Below are positions 7,770 through 18,275 of a DNA stretch of 64,000 nt, piece by piece (the stretch's first letter is position 1; each line of letters starts with the position of its first letter). The stretch spans positions 1-64,000 of the IMG/VR virus record IMGVR_UViG_3300028601_000022; one strand, 5' to 3'. This DNA is from a virus. Taxonomy: Duplodnaviria; Caudoviricetes. The position numbers and the translations under genes were made by a program. Below the pieces are notes generated by a model that was given only the letters and a program-made list of their open reading frames with translations, was not told where the DNA came from and did no database searches.

Positions 7770-8621
7770 ATGAACAGAATATCTCACGATACGGAACATA
7801 AGGCGGAGGGACTTGAAGACCTTAGCATACCCCTTCACGAAATGTTCATCTCTATAGAGGGCGAAGGGCCGGAAGTGGGTACTCCCACGATATTCGTCCG
7901 CACTGCCGGGTGCGATTTCAAATGTCCGTTCTGCGATACTCGCAAGTCCTGGGATTTGGAAAACTCTGACACCTTCACCGTTAGCAAGCTAGTTCGCATG
8001 GTTGAGCGGGGCTTGTGCTCCTGCGTTCGCCGGGTAAGCGTAACGGGTGGTAACCCCGCGCTTCATAAGGATGGGGTGCTTGCTCTTATAACGGCGCTTC
8101 AAGCTCCTGGCCGCTGCTTCAACCTTGAGCACCCTGGTGTTCATGCCTATAGCTATTCCGAGGAGTTCGAGTTTATCAGAAAACTCTGTGAAGCAACGGT
8201 GGAAGGCTCGCGCTTTCACCTTAGCATGGACGTAAAGATACCCCTTCTGAGCCGTGACTCCGAAGGTACTAAAGATAGCTATCTTGAAGGCGTAAGCTAC
8301 CTTATTGCCCATAACGTGCTGCTTAAGGCAATTGAAGGTCACTCTGACCGGTGCTCTGCATCGGTCAAGGTTCTTGTCCAGAACGAAGGTGACTTCGACT
8401 TCTTTGCTGATAAGGTGGATTTTCTTACTGAAGGTCTGCATAATCTGAATATCACGTATTGGGTGGCTCCGGTACGCGGGCCGCAGAATGAAGTTAGCAG
8501 GGCTTTTATCGGTTACATCACCGATAGGCTCTCTTATCATCCGGCATTCTCTCGCGTTGGTCAGCCTCACTTTATTTGGCGTCTTAACCCTAACCTTCAT
8601 ATTCAACTAGGTATCCGATAG
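7770..8621 (+). CDS. queE: 7-carboxy-7-deazaguanine synthase (radical SAM)
   Basis: EMFISIEGEG..G.PTIFVRTAGCDFKCPFCDT, VTGGNP, C-terminal LNPNLH. Confidence 0.85.
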   Translation: MNRISHDTEHKAEGLEDLSIPLHEMFISIEGEGPEVGTPTIFVRTAGCDFKCPFCDTRKSWDLENSDTFTVSKLVRMVERGLCSCVRRVSVTGGNPALHKDGVLALITALQAPGRCFNLEHPGVHAYSYSEEFEFIRKLCEATVEGSRFHLSMDVKIPLLSRDSEGTKDSYLEGVSYLIAHNVLLKAIEGHSDRCSASVKVLVQNEGDFDFFADKVDFLTEGLHNLNITYWVAPVRGPQNEVSRAFIGYITDRLSYHPAFSRVGQPHFIWRLNPNLHIQLGIR

Positions 8622-8639
8622 CACTACGGGGAGGTAGCT

Positions 8640-9203
8640 ATGGCGGTTATTAAGCTCGGTACTGTCCAAAAGTATCACCTGCTTCGGTGCATGGGACTTA
8701 TAAAGGCAATCTGGGAGTGGAATGAAAACCCACTCGAACAGATGAAGTTCCATGCACCTAGAATATTCAACAAAACAGTCAACCTCGAATGGGTTAAGGC
8801 AGAGGCCACCAAGAAGTGCGTTTCTGACGTGGAGAGCCTCTGCGACCTTATCGGTTCGGTATACTCACGCATAGAGCGTGACCTCCACGAATCCGACTAC
8901 CTGCGCGTTACAATTCTCATGCAGCTTGAAAGGATTCTGGTGGATGAATGCAGCTTCATCTGCCCTGAATTGCGCGAACTCAAGGACTATACAGACTTTG
9001 AGGGCACGGTGGACAATGTCCTTGAATGGCTTGGACGAAAGCTCACGGACGTTGAGGAGCTTATAGCAGGCAATGAATCCGTCAAACTGGTGGATGCGTT
9101 TTATAATCACATAGTTTCACTTGACGGGGGAATGATACGCTGGTTCAAGGGCAAGTGGTATTCCAAAGAAGATGTCTACTATGAGGCAGTTCAACTAGGT
9201 TAG
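8640..9203 (+). CDS. Hypothetical protein
   Basis: GGAGG RBS, lies within operon. Confidence 0.7.
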   Translation: MAVIKLGTVQKYHLLRCMGLIKAIWEWNENPLEQMKFHAPRIFNKTVNLEWVKAEATKKCVSDVESLCDLIGSVYSRIERDLHESDYLRVTILMQLERILVDECSFICPELRELKDYTDFEGTVDNVLEWLGRKLTDVEELIAGNESVKLVDAFYNHIVSLDGGMIRWFKGKWYSKEDVYYEAVQLG

Positions 9204-9236
9204 CGTAAGCAGTGCCCGAAACATTGGAGGGCAGAA

Positions 9237-10184
9237 ATGAAAGCAAGGTCATTCTTGTCGGACAAAAGTATTTCATACTTGAAGGGTATTGACCTCTCGG
9301 CGGAAGCCGAAGAGTTGCATAACGCATTGGACAACCTTCTAACCGATTTGCCTCACTACCTGTTGAGGCTAGACACCGGCTCATTCTCAAATGAGAATGC
9401 AATAGTGGCATTCGGTCGAATGGTGTATACAGCAGGCGCAAGGTATAAGACTCCGGGTGTTAATCTCCGGTACCGCAAAACCTACAAAGACCTTGTTAAT
9501 GCAAACTCATTCGACCTCGGGCGCGAACTCGCCTGCAATATTTCACCAATGCTGGCCAGCAAGGTGCTCCCTAAAGCGGCACTTAACTCAGGGCAGGAGG
9601 GTGCCGTATCTAAGGGTACTCGTACCTTTCAGCATAAGGCTTGGCTCCATTCTAAATGGGAAGGTGACGAGTTTGAAGGGACGGCTGGCTTTATCAAAGC
9701 CCTGAGGCAGACGGCTTTGATTGAGCGCAAGAAGGTTCCGACCGTTGCTGTAGGATCTGTATCCGGAACTATGATGCAGCAAGGCTCCTGCTTTCATCTT
9801 GCAGGCAAGTCCGTTCAAGCCGGCCATCGTATGATGGTCAATCAGCGGTATACGGTTTATGAGGAACTTCACGCGCTTAGTTCAGGCCTAGGAAGTTTCG
9901 TCTTCAATGAAACCAAGATGCCGATATTCAATCTTGATGCTCCGTGTGACCTGTACGTTGTGGCAGAGAATACAAAGGGGCTCAAATACCTTATTGGTTT
10001 TCCTGATACCCGGGTGATTGCAAAAGCAAAAGAGCTTAAGGTTGTTACCTGGACGCTCAACCGAGTTTGCACTTCGGACAACAAACTGCGTTTTGTTTTG
10101 GAAGGGTCTAATGAGCAAGGGACGCTTGTTATCGCCTGTCATGGAATGTCTCCCTTTTATATGCCCGAAATAATTCGCGGCTAG
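9237..10184 (+). CDS. Hypothetical protein (weakly sliding-clamp-like)
   Basis: GGAGG RBS; 315 aa with alternating helix/strand pattern and C-terminal FYMP; function speculative. Confidence 0.6.
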   Translation: MKARSFLSDKSISYLKGIDLSAEAEELHNALDNLLTDLPHYLLRLDTGSFSNENAIVAFGRMVYTAGARYKTPGVNLRYRKTYKDLVNANSFDLGRELACNISPMLASKVLPKAALNSGQEGAVSKGTRTFQHKAWLHSKWEGDEFEGTAGFIKALRQTALIERKKVPTVAVGSVSGTMMQQGSCFHLAGKSVQAGHRMMVNQRYTVYEELHALSSGLGSFVFNETKMPIFNLDAPCDLYVVAENTKGLKYLIGFPDTRVIAKAKELKVVTWTLNRVCTSDNKLRFVLEGSNEQGTLVIACHGMSPFYMPEIIRG

Positions 10185-10260
10185 GTAACAAATGGCCAGT
10201 CCCACTAATACGCGGGGCTGGCCATTTTACTATGCTGACAACCTCAAAGGGGTTACCAAC

Positions 10261-10719
10261 ATGAAAATAGCCGTGACTGTAGTAGGAAACGCCAGCATAA
10301 TAAACCTGCTCCCCTATCCGGTAGATATGCTGGTTCAATCCGGCAACTGCACCGAAAACATGGAACTGGCAATTACCTTGCCTCCCTGTGATGACCGGCT
10401 GCTTCCGTATTTTATAACGAACTCACGCCGAGAGTTCAACAGGAACTCTATGGAGGTGGAGGAGGAGCATGACCGCGAACTCCGCTATCCGTTTTATGCC
10501 GAAAAGGCCCTAACAAATCCCCAAGTAACTCATATCCTTTTAGAGGATAGCGTTCGAGAATATCTCGAGGGCCCTGAAAGCCAATCAACCGGAGAGGTTG
10601 AAAAGCCAATCTGGTTTCCTAAAGTGCGTCCTATTATCAGAAGCGTAAATGTAAACAAGGAAGGAACGAAAGCCTCACTGGGACGCCGATACTTTATAGT
10701 CCGAAAGGGGGAATTATGA
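10261..10719 (+). CDS. Hypothetical protein
   Basis: ATG 10261 after AGGGG; stop overlaps the next start. Confidence 0.65.
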   Translation: MKIAVTVVGNASIINLLPYPVDMLVQSGNCTENMELAITLPPCDDRLLPYFITNSRREFNRNSMEVEEEHDRELRYPFYAEKALTNPQVTHILLEDSVREYLEGPESQSTGEVEKPIWFPKVRPIIRSVNVNKEGTKASLGRRYFIVRKGEL

Positions 10720-11429
10720 AATTACGTACAGCCTCACACAGGGCAGTTACCGCTATTGTAGTGGTTCTGCTGGTCAATCTGGCTCTCGCCTTCTTCATAC
10801 CCGCCGATACAAGCGAGCCCAACAAAATAGCAGTACAGGAAACTGCCAAACCTGTTGCTGTGCCTGAGCACTCGGAGGGCCTGCAGCCAGGGTGGCTTTC
10901 TGCTGACCCCACTCAGGAGTGGTCAAGCTCGGACGTGACAAGCACTTCACGGCTTCTTTCACAGCCTGAAGTATCAGGAAAGTACAGCCTTCAGGCTTAC
11001 TTCAAGTTCGCCGAGTCCAAAGGGGTTACGCTGGATAGCGTTCCGGAGGACCTGCTTCTGTATATTTCGGAAGACCCTTACGGCGACCTCGTAATGGCAA
11101 TCATGTTTGTTGAGTCTGCGTTCCAGCCCAATAACAAGACAGCCAACAACTACGGCCTGATGCAGATTGCAGACGTCCACTTTAAGGAATACGCCCGGGC
11201 GCGCCCGTACATTACGCAGTGCGGTGTGCGTACAAAGAAAGACCTGTTTGACCCGCATAAGAATGTATGCGTAGGAATGTCCTTCTTTTATGAGCTCCTG
11301 GAAGAGCATAACATGAACAGGGAGAAGGCACTCATGGAGTACAATGCTTCCTACCGAAAGAAGGCTTTTGCTGCTCAGGTTGACCAGGCTTACAAGGAAA
11401 TAGTGGCGTATAAAACACGCCTCATGTGA
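10716..11429 (+). CDS. SLT-family lytic transglycosylase with N-terminal membrane anchor
   Basis: AIMFVES (catalytic E), YGLMQI, DP..N, ALMEYN; hydrophobic N-terminus. Confidence 0.88.
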   Translation: MKLRTASHRAVTAIVVVLLVNLALAFFIPADTSEPNKIAVQETAKPVAVPEHSEGLQPGWLSADPTQEWSSSDVTSTSRLLSQPEVSGKYSLQAYFKFAESKGVTLDSVPEDLLLYISEDPYGDLVMAIMFVESAFQPNNKTANNYGLMQIADVHFKEYARARPYITQCGVRTKKDLFDPHKNVCVGMSFFYELLEEHNMNREKALMEYNASYRKKAFAAQVDQAYKEIVAYKTRLM

Positions 11430-11477
11430 AACGATTAAGGCATTAAACACGCTGAGGTATTAGCACAAGGAGATTTT

Positions 11478-11945
11478 ATGCTTATCTCGAAGAAATTTTA
11501 CTTCGATGCCGCGCATCGGCTTCATACTGTTCGACCCAACCATCCGTGCCGCAACTTGCACGGCCACCGCTACGAGGTGGAAGTGAACATTCAGGGCGAC
11601 CTGGTCGGCAAATCCACAATGCTCATTGACTACCACGACCTGGCACCCATCAAAAAGTTCATCGACACCACTCTCGACCACGCTACCTTGGTCTCCGGCC
11701 TTGATAGCAGTCTTATTATGCTTGTGAAGGCAGGTTGCGGCAGCGAATGCCTCAACGGCGCCCTGACTGAAGTGTTCGGCAAGGTTGCTATCCTTCCTGT
11801 GGCCGAAACTACTGCCGAGTGCATGGCCGAATACTTCAAGGGAGTGTTCTTCCGCATTATCCGAAACAAAATGCCGGAAGACTACCTCTTGTCCGTCGCT
11901 GTTTCGGAAACGCCGAATACCTCGGCTTATGCTAGCCCGTACTAG
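11478..11945 (+). CDS. queD: 6-carboxytetrahydropterin synthase
   Basis: FDAAHRL, CRNLHGHRY, LDH, TAE, VSET. Confidence 0.92.
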   Translation: MLISKKFYFDAAHRLHTVRPNHPCRNLHGHRYEVEVNIQGDLVGKSTMLIDYHDLAPIKKFIDTTLDHATLVSGLDSSLIMLVKAGCGSECLNGALTEVFGKVAILPVAETTAECMAEYFKGVFFRIIRNKMPEDYLLSVAVSETPNTSAYASPY

Positions 11946-12014
11946 CAGCTAACGAAAAGGGCAGCTTGCTATTTGCAGGCTGCCCTATTATTAAAAATAG
12001 CCGGGAAGAATGCC

Positions 12015-12260
12015 ATGTTGAAGTCACAATTCACCGACCAGAAATTCGTTAAGGTTGTTATAGAGTTCCATAACTGCGACGGCAAAAACATAAAGCATGT
12101 AACGAGGTGGCCTGGCGGTACAAAGGTAATCCGCAAGATTCAGCGCCTGTGTTACACATGCAAGCGGTTGGGATTCACGCACTTCAAAATCTGCCTGGAA
12201 AAATGTCGTGCTGTATCGAGTTTGCAGCGCGTTGGAGGAAGTAATGGGATACGTTTCTGA
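12015..12260 (+). CDS. Small hypothetical protein
   Basis: Fills the gap between queD and the DHH gene. Confidence 0.4.
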   Translation: MLKSQFTDQKFVKVVIEFHNCDGKNIKHVTRWPGGTKVIRKIQRLCYTCKRLGFTHFKICLEKCRAVSSLQRVGGSNGIRF

Positions 12261-13284
12261 CTTTGTAGCCAAGTACCCTGGCGTGGCAAGTACCGCTACC
12301 GACTTGGTTGTCTACCACCGCACTGACATGGATGGCCGCCTTGGTGCTGCAATTGCCTATCAGGCCTTGGACGGCAAAGGCGCTCCTGCCCCTGGTAATA
12401 CCTACTACCTAGGCTTGAACCGGGAAGACGTTACTGTGGACGACCTTCTCGCTGCCTTCCCTAGGTTGCAGCAGGTGTACCTCATTGACTATTCCTTCAG
12501 CCCGGACATGGTGTTTACTCTTGCCTCCCGTGAAGAAATCGGCGTATGCCTTCTTGACCACCATGAAACGGCTCTCAAGGCTATTGGCAGCGCAATACGT
12601 GATTGGCATTGTGCAGCCAAGAAACGGCTTTGCGGCGTCCTGCCTGTTGAAGTTTCGGACGATGCACTTTGCTGCAAGTACCTCGATGTACTGCCCGGCG
12701 GTCAGAGCGGCGTTTCCCTTGCCTGGAGGTTCTTCTTCCCCAATGAAGCCGTTCCCCGCGCCGTTGACCTCATCCGCATATACGACACCTGGAGTCAAGA
12801 TGACCCGGACTGGGAAGATGCACTGCACCTCAATACCGCTCTCTGGTCCACCCTTGATTCCTTTCCAAACTTCGATTCGGACGTTTTGGAAAAGCTCCTT
12901 GCAGACGACACCTACTGCAATGACCTTATCAAGCAGGGAGTTCTTGCGGAACGCATCAATAATATTCGCAATACTCGGGACTCCGAGTCCTACGGTGGAA
13001 CCCTCGAATGGGAGGGCATTACGTTTCTTGCCCTTAATGCCTCTGGCAACTCTCTGGCCGCGGAACCTGCTACCGTTGATGGTGTGCATGAGGCTGTTCT
13101 TCTGTACCGCTGGGCTCCCCGTGCAGGTCATTGGAAGGTATCCCTTTACAACTGCACGACTCTCACGGCAAAGCCGCGCCTGTGTGACATTGCTACCAAA
13201 TACGGCGGTGGAGGCCATCCCGGTGCTTGCGGCTTTCAGGTCAAAAAACTTCCTTTCAACCTCGAAGATATTAAGCCACTGTAA
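12244..13284 (+). CDS. DHH/DHHA1 phosphoesterase
   Basis: YH..DMDG, IDYS, LDHH, GGGHPGACG. Confidence 0.9.
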   Translation: MGYVSDFVAKYPGVASTATDLVVYHRTDMDGRLGAAIAYQALDGKGAPAPGNTYYLGLNREDVTVDDLLAAFPRLQQVYLIDYSFSPDMVFTLASREEIGVCLLDHHETALKAIGSAIRDWHCAAKKRLCGVLPVEVSDDALCCKYLDVLPGGQSGVSLAWRFFFPNEAVPRAVDLIRIYDTWSQDDPDWEDALHLNTALWSTLDSFPNFDSDVLEKLLADDTYCNDLIKQGVLAERINNIRNTRDSESYGGTLEWEGITFLALNASGNSLAAEPATVDGVHEAVLLYRWAPRAGHWKVSLYNCTTLTAKPRLCDIATKYGGGGHPGACGFQVKKLPFNLEDIKPL

Positions 13285-13820
13285 TGGCTAAGGAGAAGCC
13301 GGGTTCTGCGCCGCGTAACTTGCAGGCCGAGCTTGCATGGGAAGAGGAAAAGGAAGTCACCGATGCTTTGCATCGAGAGTATCTTCTCCTCACCCAGAAG
13401 GTAGGACGTAATCCACTGGCCAAAGGGTACTATACGCAAATTAAGGACGTCCTCGAAGACCTTCTTATGCTGGAGCTCGCGCAGAAGGCTGCGGAAGCTA
13501 CACTGAAGTTTCAAACGAGGGACAAAATCCTCGTTGTAAACGATAAGTCCCTTGCCCCGTTTCGTGCAGAAATGGAAAGGGCAAAAACCCTCAAACTAAT
13601 TTCAGGTGTCCTTTCCCTTTCAGGGCACCTTGACGTTGACGGTGCAGTAGATTTGGCTATGTCTGCTTTGTACGGTCCGAAGGACAAGGACAAGCCGGCT
13701 GAAAAGGAAGGGAAACTGCTTACGCAACTCCAGTCTATGCTAGACGGCTATGCTAAGAAGATAGAAGCAACCATAGTTGCGCAGGCTAAAAGGTCTCCAA
13801 GGGGTGGACGCCACGATTGA
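13284..13820 (+). CDS. Hypothetical helical protein
   Basis: TAATG overlap with DHH gene. Confidence 0.65.
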   Translation: MAKEKPGSAPRNLQAELAWEEEKEVTDALHREYLLLTQKVGRNPLAKGYYTQIKDVLEDLLMLELAQKAAEATLKFQTRDKILVVNDKSLAPFRAEMERAKTLKLISGVLSLSGHLDVDGAVDLAMSALYGPKDKDKPAEKEGKLLTQLQSMLDGYAKKIEATIVAQAKRSPRGGRHD

Positions 13821-13960
13821 CAAGATTCGGGGCTTCGCCAAGCCGCCCCCCCCCCTATTGTTCAGGAGCAGGACCTGGCAGATACCATTATGTCCTCTTG
13901 TTCCAAAACACTCAACCAATCCAAGCCCTAGACCAGTTTTCTCCAGTTTAGTGGTCGCTC

Positions 13961-14067
13961 GAAAGTTGAGGAAATAGAAGCCCCTGCGGGTGCCCTGTGT
14001 GGTGTGTACAGCATGCCTAGGAGCATCCGCAGGGGCATTTTTCTAGCAGACGTGTCAATACACACGT
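13961..14067 (+). repeat. Structured dispersed element, copy C
   Basis: TGAGGAAA..GAAGC, long stem with TGTGGTGT loop, T-run, then CGTGTCAATAYACACGT; homologous to 49251 and 61401 copies. Confidence 0.8.
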
Positions 14068-14145
14068 TTTGCTACCAGGTGGCAAATATGCACAAAATCA
14101 CCGGTTTTCGCTTATGTCTGGCCTACACATACAAAGGACGTACAA

Positions 14146-15048
14146 ATGGAAAAAGCTACCGCGTATATGACCCTGTGGGCTCGTTGTAATGTTTCTCCCT
14201 GCGTGTTCTGCGTCTTAGGGGAGACCAGCAAAAAGAAAGAGCCGATAGTAACCAGCATCAAAAAGACCGTGGATGAAATTGAATTGAAGCTTGCTCGATT
14301 GGACTGGGACAAGCACGATAAGGTTTTCTTTACTGGTGGCGAGGCTTTCAACCACGAAGAACCGATGCGCAACATCGAGCCCTTTTGGGAACTCCTAGGG
14401 ATACTGAAGGAGTACGTTACCGGAGGTAAGTTGAAGAAGATTATATTCAGCTCCTCATTCAAGTTCGACTTCCGTGGTTCTATCCTGGAGATGGTGGTAG
14501 GAGAGATACAAACAAAATACCAGGATATGATTCCCTTTATTGAGTTCAACACCTCTTGGGATATTAAATACCGATTCTTCGGTCGCGACCGGGCATACTG
14601 GTTAAGCTGCGTTCGCTGGCTACGAGGCCAGGGGTTTCGTGTGCATGTTAGCACCATCTGTACGCAGGCCTTTATAAAGGGATACGTTGGCAATAGCCTT
14701 GCTGTGGGCATGGTAATGCGGGAGTTCCCTGGAGACCTATTTGACCTTATACCAGTTCGCGGAAAGTATTCAGCCCTGGACAACATGGCGGCTTTCTTTC
14801 CGAAGCGCGACCATTTCAGGGACTTTCTTGAGGTTATATCCGAACGGGATACACCTACCTTCCTGCGTTTTATGGGCCAGCTACAGGGGACCGCTCCTAT
14901 ACTGTATTCGCGTAGCTGCAAGCAGGATGTACTGCGCCTTAAAGCATGTGGCCATCCGCCGGGTCTGAAAAGCTACGCCAACTCTGACAAGTGCATGGTA
15001 TGCGATGCCGAAGAGTTCCTGAAAACATTCAAGGACGGTAATAAATGA
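14146..15048 (+). CDS. Radical SAM-like protein
   Basis: RCNVSPCVFC (CX4CX2C), FTGGE, C-terminal Cys cluster. Confidence 0.7.
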   Translation: MEKATAYMTLWARCNVSPCVFCVLGETSKKKEPIVTSIKKTVDEIELKLARLDWDKHDKVFFTGGEAFNHEEPMRNIEPFWELLGILKEYVTGGKLKKIIFSSSFKFDFRGSILEMVVGEIQTKYQDMIPFIEFNTSWDIKYRFFGRDRAYWLSCVRWLRGQGFRVHVSTICTQAFIKGYVGNSLAVGMVMREFPGDLFDLIPVRGKYSALDNMAAFFPKRDHFRDFLEVISERDTPTFLRFMGQLQGTAPILYSRSCKQDVLRLKACGHPPGLKSYANSDKCMVCDAEEFLKTFKDGNK

Positions 15049-15311
15049 AAATAGCAACGGCTGCCGTTAAGTTGAGCAGCGGTCTTATAGTTTCTCTTCC
15101 TCGACCTGCCCGCCACCACGATATAATAAATGCGCTGGCAAGGGTTAATGTCATTTGCCTTGAGCAGGGATTCCTTACAAATGAAGGCAATTTTGTTACC
15201 AGGTCAGAAGGGTGGCACATAGCACAAGATGCTGGGCAGATAAAGTATGAATGCGGTGGGCCCTGCGGGGAATTGTACAGCGATAACCTCTGGAAGAAAA
15301 CAGGAGACTAG
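15045..15311 (+). CDS. Conserved small phage protein
   Basis: PARHHD, EQGFLT, FVTR.E, LYSDNLW pattern recognised from phage hypotheticals. Confidence 0.75.
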   Translation: MKIATAAVKLSSGLIVSLPRPARHHDIINALARVNVICLEQGFLTNEGNFVTRSEGWHIAQDAGQIKYECGGPCGELYSDNLWKKTGD

Positions 15312-15390
15312 AATGCTCCTTGAAAACCAAAATGAAGTATTTTGTAGAGGATATAGAGCACCCTCTAGCGCACCCGTTCACCGCCCATAG

Positions 15391-15427
15391 AAAAACCCCC
15401 GTAGAGCTTATGCCCTGCGGGGGTTTT
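15391..15427. terminator. Bidirectional terminator at convergent junction
   Basis: AAAAACCCCCG...CGGGGGTTTT. Confidence 0.8.
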
Positions 15428-15461
15428 GTTTTGGCTATTAAATGTGGTTTACACGCAGTGC

Positions 15462-18275
15462 CTACACGAGGCTAAACGTAGCCCCCGTGCTGTTAATGGT
15501 GATGCGGCCCCTCATAAGCTCGCCAACCCTTGCGGGCTGAATAGGAACGTCCACGACCATTTCATTGTTGTCAACGACTTCAGGCGTGTTGTTCGAGGTA
15601 TCGCAGATGACCTTGAAGTCATACAAGCCGCGGCGTGCCTTGATGGAAGCAAGGTACGGCGTAAGCTTCGACACCAGCATGGAGCGGGAGAACTCGTCGT
15701 TAATCTCGAATGTGAAGTCCATCAGGAGGTCCTCGATGGCCGGTTCGATAACGATAAGCAGCATACGCACGTTGACGCGGTCAAGCGCCGATGCACGGTT
15801 AAGCAGCGTCTTCTGGCCCCAGATACGAATACCGAAGGTTTCGTGGAAGTCAATGGGGTTGATGCCTGCATCATACAGAGCATCCTCGTCCCCATCATTG
15901 AACTCCCGGCGAACACCGAGGACATTCAAAACACCACGGCGGTTGCCAGCAGGGGCAAACCACGGTTCATAGTTTGCAGCCGTGTAGCTGATTTGTGCTC
16001 CAACGTGGCCTGTGGGAGACACCCAGATTTCCCGGTCGTTGTGTTCATCGTAAATCTTCACATGGGGCGTATAGAGCGCCGCATGCGAAGTAGACGTGAT
16101 AAGGGACTTCCGCCGGTAAGCAATGAGGTCTTCCAGGTAGTTGGAGCTTACTTCGTGTTCGATGGGAGTGGAGAGGATGCCGAGGGTTGCACCACGGGAT
16201 TCGCATACGTCGATAATGGCCTGCTGGTACGCGGGAATACTCCAGCCAGCATCCATGATGACGGTGATGGGGTACCGACGCTTGTTACCAAACAGTTTGA
16301 GCGCAGTGACGCACTCTCCCGTGGTTGCGGCGTGTCCGATGGAACCACCGGTGAGCTTGGCATACGTGGTCTGGTTGCAGGGGAGGACATTCTTGTTCAC
16401 CGCCTTGTTGTCTTTCCAGCGGGCATAGTTGGAAGACTCAAACACCTTCTCAACGTAGATGTTCTGCCCGTAGCCATCCTTGTGGGTTTCGTCACGGGAG
16501 CAGGTCTTCCGTTCCACTTCCAGGTACTGGTCGCCGTACTTCTTGTACAGAATGACGAGGAAAGCACCGGGTTCCTTGACCATATCCGCGCAGGCCTGGT
16601 CAAAGTCATTCCAATCCGCCTCGTCGCCGTAGGGGTAGTGGAACAGCTTATAGTAGACTTCTTCATCCGTCGGGGTGGACGTATGCAGGTAGCCAACGCG
16701 GCGCTTGTAGCCGGTGTACAGTTCATTGTGGGTATCCAGAATATGATGATACTGGTTCTGCAAAGCATCCAGCGTACCAGCATTGAGGATATCCACAGGA
16801 ATACCAGCTTCGGCGTTACCGGCTGTAGCGGCCAGCTTGATGGTATTCGGCGTACTGGTCTTAATGACATAGTACGTTTGACCAGCAACGAGGCCGCCAG
16901 GAAGAGTACCGTCAGAAGACAGCGTAACCGAATAGCCGGTCTCGGTGATGCCATAGAAGGTTTCCGAAACGGCCAGCGAGTCCTTGGACATATCAATCTT
17001 CGGACTGCATGCAACCTGCTTGTTGGTGCAAGTAAGAGAGAGGTCAACACCAGCGGTTGTCCAATCAATAGGCGCACCGCTTTTCTCAAGCGAAAGAGCA
17101 ATGCGGTTGGCTGTAGGGGACTTGATAACGTAGAAGTCCGTATCAGCCGCCATTGCCGGTTCAGGGGCTGTGGTAGAGGCCAGGCGAACCACATCGTTGT
17201 TTGCAACGGCAGCGTAGAACGGAGCATCGACCGTAAAGAGGTCGGTGTCCACGTCCAGCGTTACGTTGGAAGTAACGGCTTTGCCCTGCAAGGAGATGCC
17301 GAAGGTTACCCCGCCAGTGCTGTTAAGGCCAATGGGCTCTTCGGAGAGGGCGTTGGCTTCAGTACGCGCAAGCTGAACCTTGTACTTGTCGGCATTCACG
17401 CCATCCTGCGGAACGACAATGAGGTAGTACGTTTCCGTCAGTTCAAGAGGAAGGCCGCTATCCACAAGGGGGAGGTCCTGGGCATTACCGGTAAGCGTAA
17501 CGGCATCGCCAGTGGCCGCTGTGATATAGAATGCCTTGGGCACATTCAGGTAGTCGCCTTCAATATCCACTGTGAAGGTGGAGTTGAAGCCGGATGCTTT
17601 GCCGTCGCTGGTGTCAAGTTCGTAACCATCAGGGTCGGCGACTGCATACTGCTGTTCACCGTTCACATCGTCGGGGGTGAGCTTGATGGTGACTCCCGTG
17701 CCAGGAGACGTAAACACAATGTAGGTACCGTTGAGCGCATCAGCCTGCGAAGCCGCTACACGGATACCGTACTTGTCTTCGGAGAACTTGACGACAAAGT
17801 AGTTGGTGCTCTCCGCGAGAGGAGCAGGAAGGGAAGCGCCTTCAAACTGAATCACATCACCGTCAGAGAGAGTTTCATACAGGAACTTGCTCCAGGCAGC
17901 CTCTGCATCCGTTGTGGTGCGGAGAAACAGAGAAGACAGGCCCTGATTAACAGAAACAGGCATGGAGGTGACGGGAATGTCCTGGGCAAGATACGCACCA
18001 CCGTAAGTAGCACCGGTGTCAGGGCGGCTAATCCACAGCTTGTTCGACTTTTCCAGGAAGATGCGGGCTTCAAACAGCCCCAGCGGGTCACGGGGAAGAA
18101 TCTTGTCCGTAGACAGAAAGCGCCGGAAAAGTTCGGCTTCCGATGTAACCAGACGGGGAGTAAGCACGTCGCCTTTGGAGGTGTTAAGAACCATAGCACC
18201 GTAGATACCAGGAAAGCTGGGAGTACGGGAACTGAGGTCAATCTCGATAATTTCAACTCTTGCACGACCGTTCAT
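15462..18275 (-). CDS. Tail sheath protein (T4 gp18-like) with four inserted beta repeats
   Basis: PWFAPAGNRRG, GINPI, WGQKT, RVNVRML, DTSNNTPEVVD. Confidence 0.95.
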   Translation of the reverse strand: MNGRARVEIIEIDLSSRTPSFPGIYGAMVLNTSKGDVLTPRLVTSEAELFRRFLSTDKILPRDPLGLFEARIFLEKSNKLWISRPDTGATYGGAYLAQDIPVTSMPVSVNQGLSSLFLRTTTDAEAAWSKFLYETLSDGDVIQFEGASLPAPLAESTNYFVVKFSEDKYGIRVAASQADALNGTYIVFTSPGTGVTIKLTPDDVNGEQQYAVADPDGYELDTSDGKASGFNSTFTVDIEGDYLNVPKAFYITAATGDAVTLTGNAQDLPLVDSGLPLELTETYYLIVVPQDGVNADKYKVQLARTEANALSEEPIGLNSTGGVTFGISLQGKAVTSNVTLDVDTDLFTVDAPFYAAVANNDVVRLASTTAPEPAMAADTDFYVIKSPTANRIALSLEKSGAPIDWTTAGVDLSLTCTNKQVACSPKIDMSKDSLAVSETFYGITETGYSVTLSSDGTLPGGLVAGQTYYVIKTSTPNTIKLAATAGNAEAGIPVDILNAGTLDALQNQYHHILDTHNELYTGYKRRVGYLHTSTPTDEEVYYKLFHYPYGDEADWNDFDQACADMVKEPGAFLVILYKKYGDQYLEVERKTCSRDETHKDGYGQNIYVEKVFESSNYARWKDNKAVNKNVLPCNQTTYAKLTGGSIGHAATTGECVTALKLFGNKRRYPITVIMDAGWSIPAYQQAIIDVCESRGATLGILSTPIEHEVSSNYLEDLIAYRRKSLITSTSHAALYTPHVKIYDEHNDREIWVSPTGHVGAQISYTAANYEPWFAPAGNRRGVLNVLGVRREFNDGDEDALYDAGINPIDFHETFGIRIWGQKTLLNRASALDRVNVRMLLIVIEPAIEDLLMDFTFEINDEFSRSMLVSKLTPYLASIKARRGLYDFKVICDTSNNTPEVVDNNEMVVDVPIQPARVGELMRGRITINSTGATFSLV

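Noticed and set aside
13846-13855. C10 tract (and G10 at 14-23) as phase-variation switch
   Set aside because: Only short uninformative ORFs in any frame; cannot be told apart from homopolymer sequencing error.
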